Source: Candidatus Uhrbacteria bacterium RIFOXYB12_FULL_58_10
GTDB taxonomy: Bacteria > Patescibacteriota > Patescibacteriia > UBA9934 > GWF2-40-263
Direction: 5' to 3'
DNA length: 64,000 bases
Assembly: GCA_943354165.1 (NCBI GenBank)
Contig: CALRBH010000001.1
Coordinates: forward strand, 16,828 to 80,827
Of this stretch, positions 45,611-55,700 are shown piece by piece (position 1 is the stretch's first letter; every line of letters begins with the position of its first letter). Below the pieces are notes generated by a model. That model ran no database searches, was not told the origin of the DNA, and saw only the letters and a program-made list of their open reading frames with translations. The position numbers were made by a program, and so were the translations under genes.

Positions 45611-48600
45611 ATGCGCCGATTCCTCACATCAACTCTCCTTATCTCACTCCTCCTTGCGCTCGCAGGGATCGGGATGGTTCAGGTTGGAGCGGTGCATGCG
45701 CAGGACCTGGCTACGTTCGGGGAGCAGGCGGGATTTACCACAACTGGCGACCTCACCTCGATCATTGCTCGGTTGATCCGCACCGCCATTAGTTTCCTCG
45801 GCATCATCGTAGTAATCTTCATTTTGTACGGAGGTTTCCTGTACATGACGGCCGCAGGGGATGAGACCCGCATCACAAAAGCAAAAAATACATTGAAGAA
45901 TGCCGTGATCGGTTTAGTGATCGTTCTTTCCTCGTTCTCGATCGTCACGTTTATTCTTTCCAGGCTTTCGGACGCCACGGGAACGGGAAGCATTATTGGA
46001 TCCGATGGGGGCGGCGGCTTTACTCCGCCGGGCGGGGGAACGCGCGCGAAGATTTTTGCGCTTGAGGGCAGTAATGCCGCGGCGTGCGAAGGGATCATCC
46101 AGAACATTCGACCGCAACTCGTATTCACACAGCAGGTGGACCCTGCCACGCTTGTGGGAGGGATTGTGGTGACCAACGGTGCCGTGGCTGTGCCAGGAGC
46201 GTTTACTACGTCCGGACGCACGGTGACGTTCACGCCAACGGAGGTTTGCGCGGCAGCTCCGACTGAACGCTGTCTTCCTGCAAACTCCACCATTCAAATC
46301 ACCCTCAATCCTGCCGTCCTGAAGAGCGCAAGTAAACGGCCGCTCACCTGTACCGCGGATCCAGGCTGTTCCGTGAATTACACCACCGGAAGCGCCGTGG
46401 ACACGCGTGCACCTTCGGTTTCGATGAAGGCTCCGGAGAGCGGATCATCCTTCCGACTCGGGGATATCGTTTCTTTGCAGGCGGCGGCGATTGATGATGT
46501 CGCGCCGGCGATCGTCTCCTTCACGGCGGCTGGGGATAACATCTTTGATTCATCGGATCGCACGCCGGGGACACTTCCTGGCGAGTTCTTGTTCGCGACA
46601 GATGCGTCCCAGTGGGATACGGCTGGGTTCGAGGCAGGACGTTCCGTTGCGGTCGCAGCTTCCGTGAACGATTGCGCCGGACATACCGCAAATGCTTCGT
46701 CGGTCTCCGTTTTCCTCCGTGCGGATTCCTGTTTCAACGGTCAGCTTGATACTTCACTCGGTGAAACGGATGTTGATTGTGGTGGCACAGGCGCGTTCTC
46801 CTGCGGAGCCTGCGAAGGGCAGTCGTGTACCACGAACGCGGATTGTTCCGCGACCGGCGCCTGTGAGAATGGCCGATGCGTCGCCGTTGTCCGCATCGAT
46901 TCCATTTCGCTTAACGATGGCGCACCTGGGAACTTTGTCTCTATCAACGGCGTCGGGTTCGGAACGACGCCAGGTCCGGTGGCATTTCTTGGAGCCGCGG
47001 CGGGCGATGCAACAAACGCTCAGGTCGTTTCATGCGACACGGTGGTTCAGTGGGCACCTACCCAGATCATCGTGCAGGTTCCCGCTGGCGCAAAAGACGG
47101 ACCGATCCGCATTACGAATGCGGCGGGCCAAATCGACAGTTCAAACGACGATCGCGGAGCTACGTTCCAGCCATTCGACGTGAATGGCGTTGAGCGTCCA
47201 GGATTATGTGCACCATCTGTGGTGCTTCCGGGTCTCGGCGCTCCAGGCGACACGGTTCGAATTTCTGCTTCGAAACTTGGATCGGATCGCGGTAGCTCGA
47301 TGCTGTTTTTCTCGGACGTTCAGGCGAGTGCATATCTCTCCTGGGGTGACACTTTGGTGTCCGCAATTATCCCTAACGTGAACGCACGCGCCCATTCCGT
47401 CCAAGCGTTTGTTGGGGATAACCGGTGTACGATTACGACGACGCTTGCCTGTGAACGCGACGCCGATTGCGGTCCGGCCGGCGGCGTTTGTGCGTTCAAC
47501 CGCCAGGGTTCGAACATCGTGAAGCTCAACGTGGTTTCCTCGAGCACTACAAGCGCACCGCTCCTCTCGACGGTTTCACCAGCAACGGGACCGATCGGGC
47601 AAACCATTACGCTCGCTGGGAACGGATTCGGCACCACGCGCGGTACTGTGCGGCTTGTAAGTGCGGCGGACGATTCCAAGGTTGCTCTCGCAAGCATTGA
47701 TTTTCCTGCGGCTTGCGGCGACGGACTCTGGCGCGATGATCTCGTGACCGTGATTGTTCCGGCCGCCTATCAGGGTGCGGGCGGAGCGGTGCAGCCAGGC
47801 GTTCATAAGATGCGCGTCGTGCGCACGCCGGACGGTACGGGATCAAATGAAATCGACTTTACGATCACTGCAGGCGTTCCAGGGCCAAGCATCTGTAAGA
47901 TCGATCCAGTTTCCGGTCCAATCGGAACTCCTCTCACTATTTCCGGCGCCAAGCTCGGAACCCAGAAGGGAACCGCGACGTTCTTCGGCGTAGCGGCTCC
48001 GGTCGCGGCCCCGGCGGAATCAAGCTGGTCTGCGGATGCCATCACGAATTTCCCGGTTCCTGTTGGCGCACAAACGGGTCCGATGAGCGTACAGACCGCA
48101 GGGGCAGCGGGGGTTTCGTCAAACACGCTGCCGTTCCAGGTTTCTGATTGTCGTCAGGCCAACAACGTCTGCCCAGTTGGATCCGAATGCTGTGGCAATG
48201 GAACGTGTGCCACTTCTTGTGCCCCATCCATCGAGGAAGCGTATTACATGTGGCGCACCTCCACCGGCCCGATTCCAAAGGTCCCGCGGGTGATCGTTCA
48301 GTGTAACGATGAGCTGCTTTCGCAGTCCCCGTGGGAAGGATTCAGCACACCTTCGCATGTCTGTCTGGAAGCGGATGTTGTTGCGACCTTCTCCGTCGGC
48401 GCAGACATTGCGGCGCCGATCATGGACATCACGACGCTCACCGCGGCAAACATTCAAGTCGAGAAGTGCGCAGCCTCTGGATCGGATCCGTGCGGAGACG
48501 GAAAACGCACGCAAGGACCGGTCGGGGTAATTGTTCCTACCGATTCGAGTTTCAAGTTTACGCATGCAGCGCCGTTTGAGCCGAGCACGCGCTATCGCGT

Positions 48601-51600
48601 GACGCTCAAGGGCGGTTCCGCAGCAGGAGTCATTCGTTCGGCGGCACCAGCATTTGTTCCCATGGAATCGGATTACAGCTGGGAATTCGTCACCGCCGCC
48701 GCGGGGACAGCCTGTACTATGGGTTCCGTTTCTGTTTCGCCGCGTGCCTCGCTTATTCTGAATGTGAACGGAAAGACCTCGTTCCTCAGCGCTCCTCGTG
48801 ATGCGCAGGACAGCTGCATCCAGCTTCCTTGTAAGGTAAGTCAGGGTTGGGTGTGGACTCCTGTTGGTAACCCAATCGCCACGCTTGTTTCCCCCGTTGC
48901 TAGCATTCCGCCAAATCCAGACGGTGATGCTTGCCGTGCCGAAGCGACGGCCTTGAAGGAAACCCCCATCGGCGCTCCGCTCAAAATCCGCGCCACTGCG
49001 ACCGATGCACCAGGCGATCCATTCGGGGAAGCGGACCTTACTATTACGTTCCTGGAACCGAAGGTCATCTCCTTTATTCCTGCCTGCGATACCGCCTGCA
49101 TCAACGCGCTTCTTGAAGCGGAGTTCAACGTCGCCATGAATCCCGCGACCATTTCGACGGGGACGGTTCGTGTCTTCTCCTGTATCAATGCCCTTTGTCT
49201 CGATGGTCTTACGCCGGTTTCGATTCTTGCACCAACATACAACGGCTTTTCTGGGAAAAACCTGCTTTCTATCACCACACAAACCGACCTTGCCCCGAAC
49301 ACCTATCACCGCGTGATCCTTTCCGGGAACATTGAATCGGCGAATAGTATCAAGCTCTCGCGCTCCGGAGGGAACTTCAAAAAGCGCGGGGAAGACGGAC
49401 CGACCAATGAGGACTACTCGTGGATTTTCCGGACAAAGAGCGACGATTCCGCCACGACCATCAACGAAGCGCTTTGCCGCATCGTTCGCGTTGAGGTGAA
49501 GCCGGAATCCGCCACCGTACAGGTGATTGGCGAGCGCGCGGAGTTCGTGGCTTCGCCGTTCAGTGCGCCGGACGAATGTTCCGCGGAAGGGCAGAAGATT
49601 AAGGGGACGGGGATTGTCTGGCAGCCGTGGACGAGCGCGGACGTGGCCGACAATGTTCCGGATCCAGTTCGGGCGGCCGCGATGTTGAACTCGCCAGGCA
49701 TTTCCGGTGGCGTACAGACCATCGCCACCCTTCCTGCCGCGTGTACGTCTTCTTGCGTGCTTGCGGGAAACACCCTGACCGGACTTTCCGCCTGCGGAGA
49801 CAGCACCACCGATCTGCTCGCAGGCGAAGAATGCGACGACGGAAACCAAACGAACAATGACGGCTGCTCATCGGTTTGTCTGCACGAAGGAAGCCAAGCG
49901 ACAACCTGCGGTGACCGTTTCTCGAATCCTGGCGAAGAATGTGACGACGGAGGCCGAGTAAACGGTGACGGTTGCTCTTCCGTATGTTTGCGTGAGGGAT
50001 CCATCGTGGCCAACCAATGCGGAAACGGCTTCCTTGATGGCGATGTAATCATCGGCGGGGAAGAGTGCGATACTCTCCTTTCGCCTACCGGCTGTTCTTC
50101 CGAATGTCTCTTCACTGGCAATAGTGTTTCAAACGCGACGGGCCGCTGCGGGAACGGCACGATCGAAGCGTCCGCGGGCGAGCAGTGTGACGGCGGAGCA
50201 AAGTGTTCCTCGCGCTGTCTCCTTGTGGGAAATTTGAATAACGATTGCGGTGACGGAAACATCGATGCAGGCGAAGCTTGTGATGATGCGAACCGTTTGA
50301 ACGAAGATGGTTGTTCATCGATCTGTCTGCGCGAAGGTTCGTCTGCGTTCTATCCGACCGCTTCATTCTGCGGGGATACGCGCGTGGGCATCGGGGAGGA
50401 TCCGGCTTGTGAATCGCCATCAGGAACGGCGGTCGCGGCGGGTCCTTACAGCGCCATGCAGTCATTGCCGGCCGCCGAACAAGAGATCGAAACAGACACG
50501 AAGATCGCCGTCACGCGCCTCACCGCGAGCGTGGGCGGACAGTCGGATACCGCCACGTTCAACATGGAGTGTTCCTGCCAGAGCGATAACGCCTGTGGAA
50601 ATACGAACGTGAACGGTTGTGGATTGTCTGGTTGCTGTTCCGTACGCCCGACAATTGTTTCCACCGTTCCGACAAATGGTCAGTCAAGCGTGTGTCGCAA
50701 CACGGAAGTAAAGGTGCATTTCGACAAGCCGATGGATCAGGCTTCGTTTAACGACCACGCCTACCTTGAACTGGTTGGTGCGGGCGCCAACTGTCCATCG
50801 ACACATACCCGAGTCGCCTCGGCCAACGGCGGATGGTTCGCTGGATTTGTTCAAAGCGTGCGTGATGCCATTACTTGGCTCGTGGGGAGCGAAGCGAATG
50901 CGGCACCCGTCCCAGGATCCTGCATTGTTCCAATCACGTTCCGCACCGCGCCGAATGCGGGCGGATCTGACGTATTCCTGCAGCTTAGCCAAGCGCTGAT
51001 TCCAAACGCTACCTATCGCATCGTGGTTGAACGTGATGGAAATGCTTCTGATGCGATTCGCGACGGCGTATTGAGTACAGCCGGGGTTGGGCTCGTAAAG
51101 GGTCCGGCGGACACGCAGATCAACTTCACCTCATCGTTCACTACCGGCGGAACCGTTTGCGGCCTCGATGCGGTTGAGGTGACCGATCTCGGACGCACGG
51201 ACGCGAGCGACCTCATCAAGAAGAGCCCTGGATTCTTCTCGAAGCAAAATGAAACGCACACGCTGCACGCCACGGACCTTTCCAAACAGAACGGTCAGCT
51301 TGAGCCTATTCAGCCGATCGTCGGATCTTACTCGTGGACTCACGCTTGGGTTTCGACGCCGATTGATACGACGCCTGAAAACGTGATTAGCCTCGCCTTG
51401 CCAGTGCCCGCACCTGCCGGTCCTGTCGTGCAGGAAATGATCGCAAGGTCCGTCGGGAAAAACGGTGAGGAAACCGTTACGGTAAATGCTGCGATCACGA
51501 CAGACGTTTTCAATACGCCAACCACTACTGGACGCATCGTGAAGGGGACCACCACCCTTATCGCGTTCGTGTGTGAAAACCCATGGCCGAAGTTTGACGA

Positions 51601-52768
51601 CGGCATTCCGTTCGTGGAGGACGGCGTGCCTGTCGGCGGCGGAAATCCGGTCAATCCGACCAACTTCAGCTTCTTCTTCTGCCGAGACGCCGGCGCTCCC
51701 GGGGAGGCTGGAGACTTGCCTGACATGACCGATGTCCGCGTGCTTACGTCTCCAACATCGAACATCCTTAAGGAAATGCTGTTCACGCTCCCATCTACCG
51801 GTGACGCGGTCGGGGTGAAAGTGATTGCGAACCCTGATTATCTCCCACCGGAAATCTGGTACCAGAAACAATTGTTCACCGGCAATCCAAGCGCGGCGAC
51901 TGTGGACGGATACGAGGCCGTGCGCGACGGCGACACGCTTTACACGCTTGCTGCGAACCAGATCGGCGACATCTTCCCGAACATTTACGTGGTTTCGATG
52001 AGCAACAACCCGAACCCGGAGTCGCGCAAAGTGTTCGACCAGGTGCTCGCCAACTTCCGGTTCAATGCGAATACGGATGCCGTCACGAACGTGAACGTGT
52101 GCGTGAAGGGGAATGGGTTCGTAAAGGTGAACGCCGCCGGTGTCGAGGATCCCGCGGGTCAATTAATCGGCTGTACCTCGGATCTCGATTGTTCCAAGGT
52201 GGCCGGTGCCACCTGTGATGCGGACAAGGCAAAATTGCGCCGCGATACGCGCCGTCTCTCGGATGTGATTCGCGTGAGGGAAGCGCTTGTGGCCTATGGC
52301 CGCACGCACGGTCACTGCGAGCTTACGAAGTCACAATTCTGTACGACCAGTTTCCAGTGTCCTGTCGCCGCCTCCGGAGCATTCGAACGCTGTCTTCCAG
52401 AGGTCCCGGCGCTCGCCGAAGGTTCGTTCATCCGCGCGATGTCCACCAGCGCCTGGCCGTCCTGGACGGATGCGCTCGCGAAGGATCTCGGAAAAGCATT
52501 GCCGATCGATCCGCTTAACAAGTTCGCCGGATGTACCGGTGCCGCCGCGGACAAGGAAACCTGTTTCGATTCCGCCGCAGGCACGTTCCAGTGCAGCGTC
52601 GGCAGCCACGTGTACGGCTACCAGAGCGTCGCCGGGGAAACCTATACGTTCACCTCCTCGCTCGAGCACAACGGCGCCAAGTGGTTCTTCCCGATTGACG
52701 CCAACCCGAGCGACAATGCGCTGCTTCGGGTAGAATATCCACCAGGCACCCCAGGTGTCTCCCCATAA
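45611..52768 (+). CDS. giant secreted surface protein (2385 aa): signal peptide + pilin-like hairpin, Ig-like and IPT/TIG repeats, tandem Cys-rich (Myxococcus-type) repeats
   Basis: N-terminus near-identical in architecture to the 43751 protein (LYGGFLYMTAAGD…KAKNTLKNAVIGLVIVLSSF); IPT/TIG-like repeats (…SP..GP.G..(I/L)T(I/L).G..(F/L)G…); repeats CGDG…GEECDDGN…NDGCSSVCL. Confidence 0.85.
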   Translation: MRRFLTSTLLISLLLALAGIGMVQVGAVHAQDLATFGEQAGFTTTGDLTSIIARLIRTAISFLGIIVVIFILYGGFLYMTAAGDETRITKAKNTLKNAVIGLVIVLSSFSIVTFILSRLSDATGTGSIIGSDGGGGFTPPGGGTRAKIFALEGSNAAACEGIIQNIRPQLVFTQQVDPATLVGGIVVTNGAVAVPGAFTTSGRTVTFTPTEVCAAAPTERCLPANSTIQITLNPAVLKSASKRPLTCTADPGCSVNYTTGSAVDTRAPSVSMKAPESGSSFRLGDIVSLQAAAIDDVAPAIVSFTAAGDNIFDSSDRTPGTLPGEFLFATDASQWDTAGFEAGRSVAVAASVNDCAGHTANASSVSVFLRADSCFNGQLDTSLGETDVDCGGTGAFSCGACEGQSCTTNADCSATGACENGRCVAVVRIDSISLNDGAPGNFVSINGVGFGTTPGPVAFLGAAAGDATNAQVVSCDTVVQWAPTQIIVQVPAGAKDGPIRITNAAGQIDSSNDDRGATFQPFDVNGVERPGLCAPSVVLPGLGAPGDTVRISASKLGSDRGSSMLFFSDVQASAYLSWGDTLVSAIIPNVNARAHSVQAFVGDNRCTITTTLACERDADCGPAGGVCAFNRQGSNIVKLNVVSSSTTSAPLLSTVSPATGPIGQTITLAGNGFGTTRGTVRLVSAADDSKVALASIDFPAACGDGLWRDDLVTVIVPAAYQGAGGAVQPGVHKMRVVRTPDGTGSNEIDFTITAGVPGPSICKIDPVSGPIGTPLTISGAKLGTQKGTATFFGVAAPVAAPAESSWSADAITNFPVPVGAQTGPMSVQTAGAAGVSSNTLPFQVSDCRQANNVCPVGSECCGNGTCATSCAPSIEEAYYMWRTSTGPIPKVPRVIVQCNDELLSQSPWEGFSTPSHVCLEADVVATFSVGADIAAPIMDITTLTAANIQVEKCAASGSDPCGDGKRTQGPVGVIVPTDSSFKFTHAAPFEPSTRYRVTLKGGSAAGVIRSAAPAFVPMESDYSWEFVTAAAGTACTMGSVSVSPRASLILNVNGKTSFLSAPRDAQDSCIQLPCKVSQGWVWTPVGNPIATLVSPVASIPPNPDGDACRAEATALKETPIGAPLKIRATATDAPGDPFGEADLTITFLEPKVISFIPACDTACINALLEAEFNVAMNPATISTGTVRVFSCINALCLDGLTPVSILAPTYNGFSGKNLLSITTQTDLAPNTYHRVILSGNIESANSIKLSRSGGNFKKRGEDGPTNEDYSWIFRTKSDDSATTINEALCRIVRVEVKPESATVQVIGERAEFVASPFSAPDECSAEGQKIKGTGIVWQPWTSADVADNVPDPVRAAAMLNSPGISGGVQTIATLPAACTSSCVLAGNTLTGLSACGDSTTDLLAGEECDDGNQTNNDGCSSVCLHEGSQATTCGDRFSNPGEECDDGGRVNGDGCSSVCLREGSIVANQCGNGFLDGDVIIGGEECDTLLSPTGCSSECLFTGNSVSNATGRCGNGTIEASAGEQCDGGAKCSSRCLLVGNLNNDCGDGNIDAGEACDDANRLNEDGCSSICLREGSSAFYPTASFCGDTRVGIGEDPACESPSGTAVAAGPYSAMQSLPAAEQEIETDTKIAVTRLTASVGGQSDTATFNMECSCQSDNACGNTNVNGCGLSGCCSVRPTIVSTVPTNGQSSVCRNTEVKVHFDKPMDQASFNDHAYLELVGAGANCPSTHTRVASANGGWFAGFVQSVRDAITWLVGSEANAAPVPGSCIVPITFRTAPNAGGSDVFLQLSQALIPNATYRIVVERDGNASDAIRDGVLSTAGVGLVKGPADTQINFTSSFTTGGTVCGLDAVEVTDLGRTDASDLIKKSPGFFSKQNETHTLHATDLSKQNGQLEPIQPIVGSYSWTHAWVSTPIDTTPENVISLALPVPAPAGPVVQEMIARSVGKNGEETVTVNAAITTDVFNTPTTTGRIVKGTTTLIAFVCENPWPKFDDGIPFVEDGVPVGGGNPVNPTNFSFFFCRDAGAPGEAGDLPDMTDVRVLTSPTSNILKEMLFTLPSTGDAVGVKVIANPDYLPPEIWYQKQLFTGNPSAATVDGYEAVRDGDTLYTLAANQIGDIFPNIYVVSMSNNPNPESRKVFDQVLANFRFNANTDAVTNVNVCVKGNGFVKVNAAGVEDPAGQLIGCTSDLDCSKVAGATCDADKAKLRRDTRRLSDVIRVREALVAYGRTHGHCELTKSQFCTTSFQCPVAASGAFERCLPEVPALAEGSFIRAMSTSAWPSWTDALAKDLGKALPIDPLNKFAGCTGAAADKETCFDSAAGTFQCSVGSHVYGYQSVAGETYTFTSSLEHNGAKWFFPIDANPSDNALLRVEYPPGTPGVSP

Positions 52769-52770
52769 GT

Positions 52771-55700
52771 ATGATTGCTCGCGCGCGATTCCAACCGTTC
52801 CGCGTTCTTGTCCTCGTCCTGTTCATCGTGTTCGGGACCGGGCTTATCGATCTTCAACCGGCACTTGCGGTCGCGCCGCGCGTTACAGGCTTCTTTGTTC
52901 CATTCCCTGCGGCGGACGGTACATTCACGGTTGGTACTACTGTGGTTATTGGCCTCACGTTCGACCAAGACGTGACTCTGACAGGCACTCCACAGCTGAT
53001 TTTGAATACCGGTTCTCCGGCGACGACGACCATAAATCTCACCAGGTTCAATTCACCCCGAACGTTCCTGTTTAACTACGCAATAACAGCAGGAAATTCT
53101 TCCCCCGACCTGAGTTATGTTAATTCGAGCTCGCTCGTATGTGTTTCCCCTTGTGTAATAAGGAACGCTGGGAACGAGCTCGCCAATCTCCAGCTTCCGG
53201 CGCCTGGCACCGCTGGCTCCCTCAGTGCTGTCAGAAACATCGTGATCGACGCGGTTGCTCCAAGTCAGCCTAGTATTGATTTTGACGCTGCGGACGATAC
53301 TGGTTCATCCACCACGGACAATATCACCAACAAAACATCCGGTTTGACGTTCTCCGGCCGCGCTGAAGCAAATTCCACGGTAAGACTTCTGGAAGGGAGT
53401 ACGGTCCTGGGCACAACCACCGCTCTCGCGAATAACACCTGGAGCATCGACCCCGTCTCACTAGCGGCGGGTGTTCACCCTGTGCGGGTAACTTCGACGG
53501 ATGCCGTTGGGAACGTGTCGGTGGCTTCAACTATTATTTCGTTAACGGTAGACACGACTCGCCCCACAGTTACGATCAACAAAACGGCCGCCCAGGCCGA
53601 TCCGACTGGTACACAGCCGATTGGATTTACGACGACGTTTACCGAAACCGTGACTGGATTCATCGGTACTGACGTGACTACATCAGCGAGTACGGCTCCT
53701 GGAACGAAGACGATAAATATTACCGGAGGTCAAGCGACCTATACTGCTTCTGTGTCCGGCGCGACCGGCACGGGAACCATCGTCGCGTCCATCGCTGCAG
53801 GCGTGGCAAGCGATACGGCAGGGAACCTGAACCTCGCCTCCACGAGCACGGACAATTCCGTGCAGTTCAACGCACCACCTCCACCACCTCCCCCAGCTCC
53901 TGCCCCTCCCACCGTCCTCTCCATCACACGGATCGACCCGTCACCCACCAGCGCCTCGACGGTTTCCTGGTCCGTGAGATTCAGCGAGCCCGTCCTGAAT
54001 GTAGATGCGACGGATTTTCACCTCTCCCCCATAAGCCTTACGGGATCAGGTAATATTCGGCTTTTGACGCAAGGATCCGGTCTTGCGGTATATACGGTTG
54101 CGGCGGATACGGGAACGGTCGCGGCCCCTGGCCCAGGAACGCTCAGGCTCGACCTTTTAGATAACGATTCCATTACGAGCGCAGCTAATTCGATATCACT
54201 CGGGGGTCCGGGTGCCGGCAACGCAAGCCTAAAGGGTGAGGAATACACGATCTCCGCCGCCGCTCCCGTACCTCCTGATCTTCTCAACACTATTATCTCA
54301 AGCGCGGTCGCCAATACCGAGCCGCCAACCAATGGGGTCTTCATTAACACTTCGGGGACTCCCACAAGCACGACGTTACGCAACGTTCGGGTTACGTTCG
54401 ATAGCAATAAGGCTGGAAGCGACACGTTTGCCTGTAAGATCGATGCGGAACAGTTCGCGCCATGCACTTCTCAATTCACTCGATCCGGTTTGAGTGTGGG
54501 CTCTCATACGTTTTCGGTTCAAGCCTCCCTTGGCGCAGAAACGGATGCGTCACCGGCGAGTTTTTCTTGGACGATCACGGCGGCGGCAACGGACTCGACT
54601 CCGGCCGTGCTTACATTTAACACTCCAGGCTCCGGCGCTGTCGTGAATGGGACTGTTTCTGTTTCCATTTCGGCAACAGACGCCTCGATGCCGGTCAGTG
54701 TGGCGTTGGCCGTGCCGTGTGGAAGCGTCTCAGGCGCGAACCCGCAATCCGTCGGCGCCGCGGGCGCAGCGACCTTTAGTTGGAATACATTGGGGGGTAC
54801 GGCATGCGTAAACGGCAACAGAATCCTTTCTGCCATTGGACGTGACTCTGCTTCGCCCGCGAACACCTCCGCGGCAGTTACGCGTACGGTGAACGTAAAC
54901 AATGTGGCACAGGTCGCACCTCCTCCGATCCCAAACACGACGGATACTGACGGCGACGGCGTTCTCGATGTGAACGATGGGGCGGCGAATGATCCCTGTG
55001 TTCCCAATGCAAGTTCTCCTGCATGTCCACCACCTCCAGCTGGAGGGACTATTACGCTTTTCTCAAATCCAGGAAGCGGGGCTGGTACCGCGTCAGTATG
55101 TGTACAGACCGGCGCCGGACCGTCTTCCGTCAACATCCCTTCAACCGGCTTCGTTTCCGCTCCGCTCTTCTGCCCGGCGACCGGCTCCAATCCGTTCGGA
55201 AGTTCTGCGACGTGCGGAGATGGCGTGAAGGGTCCGTTCGAGGTTTGCGAGATCGGGGAAGTGAAAACGGATACCGCGAGCTGTAACGCTCCCGTGTGTA
55301 CAAGGGGAGGCATCCGGAATTTCTTCTGCATAAAGGATCTGAACAACGGTGCGTGTCGATTCCAGACGGTGTCAGATTCCAACCTCGCTTCCTGCGTTCC
55401 ATTTAGCTGCGGAAACGGGGCGGTGGATCCTGGGGAAGCGTGCGATGACGGAATTTTAAACGGCACGCAAGGACATTGCGGCCCTGATTGCAGTTTCGCC
55501 AGTGCCTTCTTCTGCGGCGACGGATTCCTCGGTGGAGGCGAACAGTGTGACTGCGGAAACTCTGACGCAAACCGCACGAAACCGAATTCGTTTGCTCTCT
55601 TGAGGAGTTGTTCCAAGGTAAATGGCCAGTACACGACAGGGACGGGGATCAGCTGCGACTTTGACTGTACGGCCCCTGGTCCTTCCTGCGGGGACGCAAT

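Noticed and set aside
48119-49849. 576-aa minus-strand ORF inside the 2385-aa gene
   Set aside because: Arg/Gly-rich antisense frame of a long, well-structured plus-strand ORF. The same applies to 51131..52162 (-) and 54519..56006 (-).
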